From Octopus vulgaris (taxonomy: Eukaryota), in contig OX597822.1 in assembly GCA_951406725.2 (NCBI GenBank), forward strand, positions 11,780,001-11,844,000: DNA of 64,000 nt. The letters are read 5' to 3'. Of the stretch, positions 39,255-53,439 are shown one piece after another. How positions within the stretch are numbered: position 1 is the first letter of the stretch; each line of letters opens with the position of its first letter. The position numbers were made by a program, and so were the translations under genes. Under the pieces are notes generated by a model that was not told the DNA's origin, did not search any database, and was given only the letters and a program-made list of their open reading frames with translations.

Positions 39255-41389
39255 ATAACCGATTTTGTCATCGCGAGTGTTTGGTGGTGTACGTCTTCAT
39301 GCATACACATACATACATTATGTGGTTAAATGAGTAACTGTTTTTAATGTAACAGCGGCTGACGAAGCAAATGGTCATTGATACATTTCGATATTCTGCA
39401 GCGATAGTCTTGGAATATTGCATACTTCCATTCAGTGATATAGCTGAATCTCATTCCATCCGTTCATGTTATACACATACGAAGAAAATAATAGCCCCGA
39501 GTGCCTGTTCAGATCCTTGACGACACTGACGCCGTCAACTTTCGAATATTTCACCTTAGATGAACAAAAGTTTTACTGTCTGGGTTCTTGTGCGTCGCTT
39601 TTTCCCTCGTTCACCCCACCTCACATGTACACACACACACATACATACAAATATACTTACACACATACATATATTTATATAAGTATACAAATATATGTGT
39701 GTGTGTATATTTGTGTGTGTGTGTTTGTGTACGTCTGTCTGTATCTATGTGTGCATATATATTTGTATGTATGCATACATATTCATATACGTATTATAAA
39801 ATCGCAAACATACATACACACAGATATAAACATATTGAAATGTAAACAAATATACTTTTTGAAGTTCTTCTGAATTTCTGAATTTACTTATAGATTTCTT
39901 GATCGACTTTACAGTGACTATTGCTGTTCTTCCTCTCTTTCTTTAACTGTCTCCATCTGCCTTTGTTTTCAATATCCTGTTGTTTCCAATATCTAGCGGC
40001 GTTCGTCCAACTACTACTATTTTTATTTTGTTGTAATAGTCGCCAATACATGAAAAGTTTTGCGAGAATTTTCTTTTTTTGAAGAACGTCTGGTGTTTGT
40101 CAAAGTGCGTACGTATACATATGAATGTGTATTTTTTTCAGGTGTCTGACTAAGTGTTATGTGTATATGCGTGTACGCGTATACAGGTATATGTGTGTTT
40201 ATTTTCGTTTTGTTGTAATTTTGAGGCAACGAAATCCATATGTTGATAAACAAAACATTTTTATATATACACAAGTTCTTTGATTCTGGTCATCATTTGT
40301 ACACAAATTGTTTGACTCTGCGACCCCAGAAATAAGAGGGAATCTGTTTTGTATGGCATCTAGGATGCCTCTGGTTCATGGAGAGAGTGGACAACATAAT
40401 TTAACAACAGAATCTGACCCACGGTAACTTCGAGTTAATATCGCTTAGTCTGTTGCATGCATTGAGACCACATTCCTGACAGGTGGGAGACTACTTCCAA
40501 ACGATACACCGATTATTTCACTCTCTTCTAAACACCAGTAACTATAAACAAACTCGATGGATATTTCTTTTGCCTTTTTAACATAGCATTATGAGCCTTG
40601 ACCTTGGACATCACTTCTTGTAAGCTCACAAACCACACAAGTTGTATTCTTTATATTTCTGGTGTAATGTAATTCGATATGTTTCTTGGAATGAACTTTT
40701 CATACTGTGACAGGGCCTTGTTTTGTGGAGAGATTGTCAGAAACAACTTCAGCTGAGGAATTCGCTTCTATTTAGGTATTAGATGCTGTCGATGTTCTGT
40801 TATGTTCTCACTACTGTAAGTGGTAAACATATTAATTTCTACTCCAGGCACAAGGCCCAAAATTGAGGGGGAGGGGGCAGACGATTAGATGGACCCTTGT
40901 ATGCAACTGGTTCTTAATTTTTCGACTCTAAAAAGATGTAAGTCAAAGTCGACCTCGGGGAATTTGAAGTGGTAAACATATTGCTAAACCTATGATAATC
41001 ATCGGATGGTGTTGTTGATGTCCTCTTCATGATGACATAAGCCGAGGTCCGATACACAGGATCTGAGTCTCGGAGACACAAATTACTTATGCATAATTCA
41101 TCTTTTCCATTCAGGTTAGACTCGCGGACGTGGTTTCTGAGCACACATAAATTCCACTCTTCATGTTAGTTAACCTCTCTATCTAGCACATCGGCCAAAA
41201 AGATTACATTAATTCTAGCTCAAGCACTTCGTTCTCCACCGATTCAAGCGTAACTCCATTAAAGCTCACCTAAAACTCTCAGCCACCAACAACTATTCAA
41301 ATATACCATATTCTGCAGTTAGGGCATATAATCAAATTTATCATGCAACAACGAACTCGTCCATCAGAAGATGCCGCCTTATTTGCTGT

Positions 41390-41632
41390 TTGTTGGCTTA
41401 TACGCCTCGGTGACCCTGAGAGCTATGCAAGCGAAGAGCAACCTCTTGGTAGAGTCTCCATTACTGGGGAGGTCAAAGAGAAGAGATCAGACCTATATGG
41501 GTCACCTCTTCTCAGAAGTGAAGAACAGACAGGAAGTTTGAGAAAGTATTGATGACAATACAGAACTAACAAGATCTGGGAGAGGAAATGACAGCTCTAA
41601 GTCGAGAAGAAAAGTGAGAAACCGTTGATGGT
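41390..41632 (+). mobile_element. Possible RTE-derived non-autonomous element (5' UTR-like segment plus 3' end)
   Basis: TGACCCTGAGAGCTATGC..GGTAGAGTCTCCA resembles RTE 5' regions. GGTCTATGCCCCACAGGGAGTGAAGGA plus TAAGT repeats resembles RTE 3' ends. Confidence 0.45.
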
Positions 41633-42037
41633 CTATGCCCCACAGGGAGTGAAGGATTAAGTAAAGTAAGTGATGAGTTTACAGTTCTCTCCACTCCCAC
41701 ACTCGTCCTAAATTTAGCCAATCCTGGAGTAATAATATCTTTCGCAATTATCATTTCTCTTATAGTTTCGTCCTCAACCTCGTGTCATGCATCACCCATA
41801 TACAGACACTTTAAACGTTGCGGATCTGTTTCTCACGACAGGACCATAAATGTATTTGCACTTATCAGCTCATCTGGACGTTGGCTTGTCGTCCGTCTCT
41901 TGCTCACACATTAACAGCACTCCACAGAAAGTGGGTTTGCATGTTTGATTGTGTGTAGATCTTATGTGTTATAGACTGCCCTGTTATGCTACAAATATGT
42001 ACCAACATATGTGTCTGTAATCAACTTTTTAGCTATG

Positions 42038-42073
<36 letters not shown>

Positions 42074-42489
42074 AACAAGAAAAATTGTAGGAGATTTCGA
42101 ATCCGGGGCTAGTCGGGGCTTCAGGCGTTCTTTCTAAACTAGCTACTCTCGGCTTCAGATCTAGTCTACGACAAAGAGCGAGGCTTATCCGTCCTGAAAT
42201 ATAACTAAAACACAAGGACGATTGCTAAGAGGTTCACTGATAACTGCATTTAGCAGCAGTATGCATCCATGTCTGCCCATATTGGTACATTGCGCATGTG
42301 CATCTTTATGTGCGTCTGTGTCTTTGAGTATAAATGCGTGTGCGTCTGTATAGACTTCGGCAGGGTCGATTGATTACGGAGCACGCTCCTCAATCACGAT
42401 GCATCTTATTCAGTCCCACAGTGACGTATCAGGCTCAATAGACTTTTAACAGAGTCTTTGGTGAATCAAAGTCCCTCTCTTTCTCTTCC

Positions 42490-43040
42490 TCTTTTACTAG
42501 TTTCAGTCATTTGGCTGCGGCCATGCGGGAGCACAGCCTTTAGTCGAGCAAATCGACTTATCTTTTGTAAGCCTAGTACTTATTCTATCGGTTTCTTTTG
42601 CCGAACCGCAAAGTTACGGGGACGTAAACACACCAAGCGATGTTGGGGGTATAAACACAGACACGCAAACATGTACGCACACATACATATATAATTTGCT
42701 ATTTTATAATTTTTATATTTTATATTTTATATTTTTTAAAAATTAATTTTATTTCTATGTATTGACTTATGATTTTCACTGTTTGATTTGCTTAATAGTG
42801 GTTTTATCTCCAATTTAATATAATATGATATAATATATATAGAGAGAGAGTGAGAGAGAGATTTATATATATATATATATGTATACATACATGTATATAC
42901 GACAGGCTTCTTTCAGTTTCCGTCTACCAAATCCACTGACAAGGCTTTGGTAGGCCCGAGGCTATAGTAGAAGGCACTTGCCCAAGGTGCCACGCAGTGG
43001 GACTGAACCCGGATCATGTGCTTGGTAAGCAAGCTACTTA
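42490..43040 (-). mobile_element. tRNA-derived SINE with an AT-rich insert in its internal microsatellite
   Basis: Tail at 42490-42690 and head at 42897-43040 of the recurring family. Confidence 0.85.
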
Positions 43041-43847
43041 CCACACAGCCACTCCTACGCTTATTGTCAACCTCGACTGGATATGAATGAAATAAAGTAG
43101 ACAGGGTCGACACAGGCCATCTCAAGCATTATCTCACAGTAACTCAGAATAGGTATGAATTTTAAGTTAAGATATCAGGCGTGCACGTGTGTTTACTTGT
43201 GTGTGCATTTTCTTATGTGTTATAGACACAAATCTGTACCAACATATGTGTGTGATCGTCTTTTTAGTTATAAGCTCACACATACACACACACACACACG
43301 TACTCACAAACAGAAACAAACTCGCACACCTGTATATCTGCATAAATGAATATATATCCTTATCCACCAACCCAGTGTATGGCTGCACAATTACTAATAT
43401 TCCTGTATCTTCGTAAGGAGGAGAAATGGCGAAATAGCAACAACGCTGGATAAACTGCTTAACGGCATTTCCTCCGACTTCGCGTTCTGAGGTTGACTTT
43501 GTTTTCATCTTTTTGGGTCGACAAAATAAGTACCAGTTGAGGACTGCAGTCGATATAATCGACATGCTCAGTCCCCAGAAAGTGCTGGCTTTAAGCCAAA
43601 ATTTGAAATCAATGAGACATGTAATGTAAACATTGAAAGCTCGTCACCGTCTTTCACACGGAATGTTTTGGTCCTCCAAAGTCATCTCGGTGAATAAATC
43701 GACCTATCTTTTTCCGCTGTAAAGATTGTGTCTGAAAATTTCGATTTGTATGGCGAAAAATACGGTACTAATATTTACCTACATGAAATTGGAAGTACGT
43801 ATGTCCGAATATGCGCAAGTATGCTTCGTCATGTGTAAATATTCTTA

Positions 43848-43888
<41 letters not shown>

Positions 43889-43958
43889 CTGTCTATCTAT
43901 TTATCTATCTATCTATCTATCTATCTGTCGTCAATACATATAATACATATTAACATCT

Positions 43959-44650
43959 ACGAGGCTATACCCAAAAGAAAGCGGAATTTTGCAGTTTTAT
44001 TCTGTTCTCTTAATTTTACATGTTCACACTTTTATTGCCTTCAAAATATTCTCCATATGAAGCACTGCATTGATCCACATGGACTTTCCCCCGTTCGAAG
44101 AAGTCCTGGAACTCTTGCGAAGTGATGCCTTTTAACGTCGTTTTTCCTTCACTTCTTCCACATCTGCAAACCGTTTTCCTTCAATGACTCTTTTCATTCG
44201 GGGAACAAAAAATGTCGCAGGTGAATAGGGTGGGTTTGTAAGCGAGGTTTTGCAATTTTTGGTCAAAAACTGTCTCGCACTGAAGGCGGTAGGCGCAGGC
44301 GCGTTGTCGTGATGCGGCCACCACTCTCCACTTTGCCACAGGCCCGGGGGAGGGGCTTTCGTCTCACCACGTCTCGTAAATGTTTCAGAACTGTCAAGTT
44401 AAATGTCTGCTTAGCAGTTTGACCAGGAGGAACAAATTCGCTGTGGACAATTCCTTTCGCATCGATGAAACAAACCAGTATCTTCTTGATATAGGGCATC
44501 CCTTGATGCGGTTTTTTTTTGTGGGGAGGGGTTTTGGCATGGTGACATTTCATGCTTCCATTGACTTCATTGCTGCTTCGCTTCCAGGTCGTATCCGTCG
44601 TACCACCTTTCGTCACCAGTAATGATCTTTGAATAAAGGTCCGGATCAAT
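43959..44650 (-). mobile_element. Mariner transposon fragment
   Basis: TA|CGAGGCTATACCCAAAAG terminus. Motifs FIDAKGIVHSEFVPPGQT and HHDNAPA. Confidence 0.8.
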
Positions 44651-45014
44651 TAACAACTAGTTGCAGTTGCGTATACCACGCCATCAAAGTAACGATCAGA
44701 CCATCGGATGTTGTTTTATATCGCGTTTCACTTTGTTTTAGTTGACCAATGATGAGAATGATGACCGTGCTGATTACCACGCTGGTTGTGTAAGTAGGTC
44801 AAACTCCCCTCCTCCGATCGAAAGACTATTTCGTTGCAGGGTTACCCATATACAGTCGTGTGGACGGATGCATTGTGAATGATGTTTCGTTCAAGAACAC
44901 AACACACAGCTTGGGAATCGAAACCACGTTCTAGCGGTCGTGAGTGTAGGACACTAGCCGCTGGGCCACGCTACTCCGCAATTGAGTATATATAATATAT
45001 ATAGATATATATAC

Positions 45015-45083
<69 letters not shown>

Positions 45084-46141
45084 TGTATATATATATATAT
45101 TTATATTTATATATACATATATATGCGTGTGTGTGATTGATGGGAAAATATGAATTTTTTGTATTGTTTTCCATTTTGCTTTAATCTTTTAATCATCTTT
45201 ACATGTCATACTCTTCTACTGTTCCCCCTCTCCTCCTCTTCCTCCTCCCATCATCATAATCGTCATCGTCGCCGTCGTCATCGTTGCCGCCGACATCACA
45301 ATCAGTTAAGATGGACACGACCGATCGCAGCTATTTAGTTGACTCGTTCGTCCTCGTTGGTCAAATATTGGTCAGACAGTAACTAGCAAAAAAAAAAAGA
45401 AAAAAAAAGAAAACGAAATAAAACCAAAAAAAAAGACAAGCAAAAAAACGAGAAAAAGCGAATTACTTGACCATTGACCCTTACATCACGTCATATTTCA
45501 CTGTCTGCTTAAACACTACACTTTGTCATATCCACTCATCAAAGAATCCCCCGACAGAAACAAAAATGAAAACAAACACCACCACCGCTGCCGCAGTCAA
45601 CGACAACACTAACAACAACAAGTAGTTCTCAGTGAAATAAATAAAAGAAAAAACGAATGTAAAACACAAACAAAACACACGCAACCAATCGTTAAATACA
45701 ATGTATTACACAGTAAACGGATATTCTTTGATATCGCAAATTGATTTGATTAAAAGTATCGAATATTGATGCAATCGATAGAAAATATCGTCTGATTCAA
45801 CTAGAGTATTGTCTGTAGAGTCTGCGATGCGTTCTGAAGTTTTCACCAAGTTCCAGTCCCTGCGAGGTACCGTTTCCATATTATTTGTGACTGTCGATAA
45901 AGTGAATGCATTATCAGAAAGCGAGCAAAATTACGTGAATGAAATATTGCTCACATTAATTAATAAGTTGATATTTAAGCAATTACGTACAGAAATATCT
46001 AAATATACTTATGTAGATATACGCCCGTACATACTGGCTTTATTCTTATATACACATACAAACACACAAGCACACACACAGTCGCATTTCTATACATATG
46101 TATATGATATAACACACACACACACGCATACACACACACAT

Positions 46142-46217
<76 letters not shown>

Positions 46218-46339
46218 TGCTAGATAAGCAAAATAATTGATATTCAGATGAATTAGGTACTTAATTTGAGGCACCAAAAATTGGTGCGGAATTATCCGTA
46301 CAGTTTCAAATAAGGTGAATAAAATCAAAATAAGCAACA

Positions 46340-46642
46340 AGATATCCAGAGGTGATGCAGTACGATCGTTTCAAGCGACTCCATTTAACTGAATAATGCA
46401 ATCATTACACCAATTAAAAACGCAGAGCTATCCCTAGCAGCATAAACAAATAAATATATAAATAGAATTTATTTAATCAGTCGGACATATTTGTATCATT
46501 TTACCTAAATACTCTAAGAGGGTAAGAAGACGGACAAGGTCCATGCTGTATTCACTTCAGCTTAGATTGATGTAATGATTGCATTGTTCAGTTAAATGGA
46601 GTCGCTTGAAACGATCGTACTGCATTACCTCTGGATATCCTG
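46340..46642. repeat. Fold-back with ~75-bp inverted arms near (TA)n
   Basis: 46341-46415 is inverted against 46566-46640. The arms carry GAAAC-GATC-GTA. Confidence 0.8.
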
Positions 46643-46749
46643 TTACATTGATAGATAGTTATATGTAAGCACTTAGAAAAGGGTGCATGGCTCATCAATG
46701 AAAAGCTACATTTGAAAACATATTCGTGCAAATAATCTTGAGGAGGCTT

Positions 46750-47340
46750 TTATCACTCCTATTTAATGAAATCCACCGTTAGCATCAATGGCTGCTGGAA
46801 TACGGGGTCGGAAGCGTTGAAATGTCCGAATCAGGTGACCTTTATCAATTCAGGACATAATGCTGGTTACGGCGTACTTGAGTAGCTGTATGGTGTTTTG
46901 AGCGGGGCGCTGATCGTCTTCTGTCTCGTCTACGCCCCATACATAATGGTCTAGTGGTTTGAGGTCTGGTGAGCAAGGAGGTTTGTGTTTGGATGTACAA
47001 AATCAAAGAGATTAGCACGCATTCCCGTTCTAGCCTAATGAGACAGCGCAGAGTCTTGCTGAACGAAGTTCGGTGTTTGTTCTCTGTCTATTCAGGTTCT
47101 TTCAACTTTTTCTAACATCTCTATGAAGACAGCGACATTGACTCTTGAAGCTTGTGAAAATAATCAGGAGGCATGGCATCTCTCTCGTTGTTGACGACAC
47201 CCAGAACCATCTCAGCTGCTGGGAACCTAGCATGCATAAACAATGGAACCTCATTCGGATCTCTGTAAAACCATTTCTTGTTCCTTCAGTTTATATTTCG
47301 GTACTATCGAAGTTTTCCACAGAGAAAACCAAAGCATTCC
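46750..47340 (-). mobile_element. Tc1/mariner (maT/DD37D-like) transposase remnant
   Basis: Minus strand: FVQQDSALSH, PPCSPDLKPLDHYVWG and RFRPRIPAAIDANGGF. Confidence 0.7.
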
Positions 47341-50271
47341 AGTCTTTTGGTGTTTTAACTTGTTTAGTAAACTTTTTGAACAGCTACAGTGAATATTTCT
47401 TGTGACAAACTACTCCTCCGCATCACATACGATTTGTACTGGATGTCCTCATGTATAACACTTCTGAAGATGCATCCTGAAACATTGAGGTCCTTTGTAA
47501 TGGTTCTGATTCACTTTCCGTATATATATGTCTATACACATAGGGGATGGTAGTCTTACGTATCCGAGAAAGACTGTTTTGCACTTTTTGCTGAACAACG
47601 CACACAAATGAGTTGTTCAAAGTGTTGAAATCCATGTGCCATACAAATGATCACAATCTCCATCCAATCGACGTTCCCTGAATAGATGAACGATCCGCCA
47701 CACATCGGATTTGAAAATAATTGCAGGGCAACTTGGGATGAAATTTGTTCTAAGAACACAACACACCAAGCGGTCCAGGATTTGGAACATTCCAACCATC
47801 ACACCATGAGCCCTACACACACACACGCGCGTACATGTATACAATACGAATGTTGGCATAATGCATACGTATGTATGTGTGTGTGAGTGTAGTTGTGTGC
47901 TTATTTAAGACCTTGTGTCCATTGCTACGCAGACGCAGTGTTTCCGACTCGATGCCTCGACTCAGGTGACCGACGGGTGGGTCTGGTCCGGAAATCACTT
48001 CATTATTGACCAACCACTTGGTCACAACATGAAACTTGCTTTGATATTAATATAACATGATGAGTTTTAGGAATCAACCGATAGTTCACTCGGTAATCTC
48101 ATTAACCCCTGGAGCTTGATAAAAAGCTAACAAACTATTTTAATCTCTTTGAAATATATTTACTAGATTCAACACAACTGTCCGAAATATTTTTGAAAAA
48201 TTAATGCTTTTACACACTTTGATCTAAACGCAGTCCCATCTTCTGGAAAAGCTATATGGATATCAAAGTAATGCTGTATCATTTAGTATGAAACCTAAAT
48301 GTCTGTGTTAGACTTCAATATGATTGTTTGTGAGATCCTAGTCACGGACGGTTATATTTTACTCAACCCATGAAGGGAAAATTGAATATTTTCACCAGAT
48401 CGTTGCTCATGAGGTTTGCTGAGAGCATAGAAATGGCTGTGTCATTTGATTTATTTATATTCTGTTGATGAAAGAAGCAACAAAGGGTTCATCCGGCGGG
48501 AAAAAATGCAAGAGCATCAACTGTATAATATGATTCACACACACACACATACACATACACCCATGTACCCGCCAATACGCACACACACATACGCGCACAT
48601 CTTCATTAATATTTTACGGTATCATAAACTCAAATTTGTGATGTCTTTATTTTTATAATGATTAACAGAAATGAAACAAACAAAACTATGACTAATGTAA
48701 GCAGCAATCACACGAATGAATAAAAGAGCTGCTGCGAATAAATCATCTTTATATATTTCATGATGTAATCCAGATTACAGCGGTTCAGCGGACAATGGCC
48801 ATAATTTTTCTAGCGTTTTTCCTGGTATTAAAAACTTAGACTACAGACTTCAATTTTCCACAGATACTGCTATGGAACGGCAAACGACTGAGAAAGCATT
48901 TGAATGTGGCTTGGCAATGCTCTAGAAGCCAATGAATAGGAACTTTGTCTAATCTGCTAAAGGAGCAAATGGATAAAATCATTAAAATTCTATTTGGATC
49001 AACAACTTCAGCGCCATGAACAAGGAAATGTTATCGTCCTCATGTAAATATTCCCAGGATGGTCAATTATTCAATTCTCTTTGAAAAGGGAAGAAAATGG
49101 CAATGTGTTTACGGACGAATATGTTAACTTTAAATGCTAAAACATAGGCAAAACATGTAGAGACTTGGATGTCTCTATGTGTCTTTAATCTGGTCTTTCC
49201 CTTTTGTCTTTTCGGAGACGATTTGGAGAGTAGAGACTGAGTATTAGTGAAAACTTTCATTTGAGACAGTTTTTATCCGTTTGTGCGATAAGGCAATGCT
49301 AAACAATTTCTAGATTGATAATACTAATAGATTTGAAAATATTATTGGAAATCTATTAAAAGTTGTAATAGAATATCTCTCGTGATAAATTATTTCCGCC
49401 TTTTAATGAAACCCTACATAGAGTGAGAACTGAGTGCAAAGTTTAAAACAATGTGCGCATATATATATATATTGGCCTGACCCCTTGGCCAGCGGGGTGG
49501 CGTCATTTGAAGGCTAAAACAGTGCGAAGCACATTGTGACCAGTGGTGTGTAACAACATCTGATAGTCTGGTCGGTCACGTGATCACGTGATATATATAT
49601 ACATATCTGTGTGTGCGTGCGTGTGTGTGTATGTGTGTGTGTGTCTGTGAGTGTGTGTATGCATATAAAGCGAATGCAAGCTACGCATCTCTGGAGAGTT
49701 CACAATGCAATTAGATTATGCAATTTGCATTATATGTGGAATAACCATTCTTCGGTGATGAAATGCACGTCAGACGATGGAACGAAATATCTGTAAACAT
49801 ACGTTCTCTTCGTCTCTCTCTCACTCGCTCTCTCTCTCTCAGTCAACCTATATAATATATATGCATATATCTTACGGCATTCCGTCTGTTACAACGACGA
49901 GGGTTCTAGTTGATCCGATCAACGGAATAGCCTGCTCGTAAAATTAAAGTGCACGTGCTGAGCGTGTACCCTTCTGGTGGTGATTCAGTGTGACAAAGCA
50001 TGTGACAAGGCTGGTCCTTTGAAATACAAGTAAAATAGAAACAGGAAGAAAGAGTGAGAGAAAATTGTGGTAAAAGAGAACAGCAGGATTCGCCACCACC
50101 TCCTGCTGGAATCTCGTGGAGCTATAAGTGTTTTCGACCCCTGCGGGAGAATGGCGTCCTCTTCAGTGCGTGTGTATTGATGTCGGTCACTTACAATCCG
50201 AGGGAACTGGTTAGATGAGCCTAATAGGTCTTACGATTCGAGAAAGCAATATGAAAAGATTGCTGATGACA

Positions 50272-50775
<504 letters not shown>

Positions 50776-51104
50776 TTATATGTACAGAACAGCTATACAA
50801 TAAATACGATTGACAGTTGAAATATGACGAGTAAGGATGCGGGAAATTGATAGAAATCGTGATAGAGAGAATAATCTAAGAGGCTGACTGAAAAAAAGAC
50901 AGAATCCATAGTAATAAGGTGTAGATTGGACTGGATATAGGAAGCCTTTTCTTCCCCTTTTACGATAGGACAAAGAAACAAAGAAAGCTCGCAATTGCTT
51001 ACAGGTTCGACGACGCTGATTGGTTGATCGATTTGTTGTTTTTGGTATACTCTTCAGAGAGCACAATTACTCCTTTACCCTTCTCGCAACCAAGTTCGCA
51101 TGCC

Positions 51105-51236
51105 TCTATATGTATGTATTTATATATGTATGTATATGTGTATACATATGTATATGTGTATATATGTATGTATATGTGTATACATTCGCACATACACACA
51201 CGGACACAGATATATATGCGTATATATGTATATATG

Positions 51237-51276
<40 letters not shown>

Positions 51277-51337
51277 CGCGTGTGTGTGTGTGTGCGTGTG
51301 TATGTATATATGTATGCATGTATTCATCAATAGGTAC

Positions 51338-51376
<39 letters not shown>

Positions 51377-51469
51377 AGATACACATACACAGAGTGAGTG
51401 GTGTATGTATGTATATATGTATCTTTATATGTGTACATGTGCTCGTGTACACACACAAACACATGTATA

Positions 51470-51529
<60 letters not shown>

Positions 51530-52125
51530 TGTATCTGTGTGTGTGCACGCGCAGGTGTATATATGCGTCTGTATGTGTTACATGTCTAACCATATTATAT
51601 ATAAATGTATGTTTTTCCTGCGTGTGAGCTTTCGAATTTCTGTGCGTGTACGTATATGTATGCGTGTGTATGTATCTGTGTATATATATGTATAATGTAC
51701 ATGTACACACATATCCCCATACATGTATATATATACACTCATGTATGCATGCAAGTATGTATATGCATGCATATGTGTATGTGTATTTGCATAGATGTGC
51801 TCATAAATATTTGTATGTGTTTTTGGCATCAGTGTTTGCGTGCGCGAGGGTGGTTGTCTGTGATAAAGCTCCTGTATCTTCTATCCTCATCTTATCTTAG
51901 CTACAGTCAGAGCAATAATGCTCAATTGAGTTAGAGACTCCGTTTCAAGTATTATGAAATGTTTGCTTAAGTGGATCACTTTGGCGTTATCTAACTTGTT
52001 TTCAAGTCTTTAATTGGTTTCACAAGTTCCAGTCTTAAATATTTTAAAGATTTCTCTACTTAAACATATTTTAAAAGAAAAAACAAAATTTCCAGCTTCT
52101 CTCCGTTTTCTGTTTACAGCAAGCA

Positions 52126-52193
<68 letters not shown>

Positions 52194-52379
52194 AACACAC
52201 ACACACACAAACACACACACACACTCACGAAGGAATACACTGGTGCACCGACATTGCTTCTAATTGTAATGGGGTGGGGGAGAGACACAAGGACAGTAAT
52301 TAAAATGTTTAAAACTACCAACAGTATGACGTATGTATATATGTTTCCTTGAATGTATGTATTACGTATATATGTATGA

Positions 52380-52448
<69 letters not shown>

Positions 52449-52679
52449 AAAGTATATGTATATGTATTATGTATATATGTATAAATGTATACATGTATAC
52501 ATATATACATACGTATATTATATATATATGTATATATATATACATGTATATATATATATATATATATATGAACACACATATATATATACATATGTACATA
52601 TATGTAAGTGTACACATGATATGTATATATATATATTTATATCGTACATACATATACATAAATGTGCTTATAAATATTG

Positions 52680-52728
<49 letters not shown>

Positions 52729-52810
52729 TATACATATATATACATGTATACATCTATATATATATGCATATACTTATACATATATGGTATAAATATATAT
52801 ATATATATAA
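51105..52810. repeat. Extended (TA)/(TG)/(CA) low-complexity microsatellite region
   Basis: Directly visible. Confidence 0.9.
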
Positions 52811-53030
52811 AATATTTTATAATTATATACATAATTATAAGAACGGGTCGGCTTCATGCGTCACCCAAAACCGTAAGAAATAGCGTCTATTTCTTACGTG
52901 CGTAGTCAGGCATAAAGCCGTCTCCTTATGATTATGTATATAATTATAAAATATTTTGTAAAATTTACCTTTAAGGGTTTTATTTCCGCACTGGCTACCT
53001 GGTAAAATTATTATTGGCTTTACTCTTTAT

Positions 53031-53405
53031 TGGCTGTGTGGTAAGTAGCTTGCTTACCAACTACATGGTTTCTGGATCAGTCCCACTGCGTGGCATCTAG
53101 GACAAGTGTCTTCTACTATAGCCTCGGGCCGACCAAAGCCTTGTGAGCGGATTTGATAGACGGAAACTCAAAGAAGCCTGTCGTATATCTAGATATATGT
53201 GTGTGCGTTTGTGTGTGTGTTTGCCCCCCTCCCAACATCACTTCACAACCGATGCTGGTGTGTTTACGTCCCCGAACTTAGCGGTTCGGTAATAGAGACC
53301 GATAGAATAAGTACTAGGCTTACAAAAATAAGTCCTGGTGTCGATTTGCTCGACGAAAGGCCGTGCTCCAGCATGGACGCAGTCAAATGACTGAAACAAG
53401 TTAAG
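53031..53405 (+). mobile_element. tRNA-derived SINE
   Basis: Same family as 20330-20785. Confidence 0.88.
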
Positions 53406-53439
53406 GATTAAAAGAGTATCTATACACACATACAAATAT

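Noticed and set aside
50985-51070. Minus-strand CTGAAGA ... GAACCTGTA AGCAATTGC
   Set aside because: Stem II does not pair and GAAA is broken, so it is too degenerate to call.
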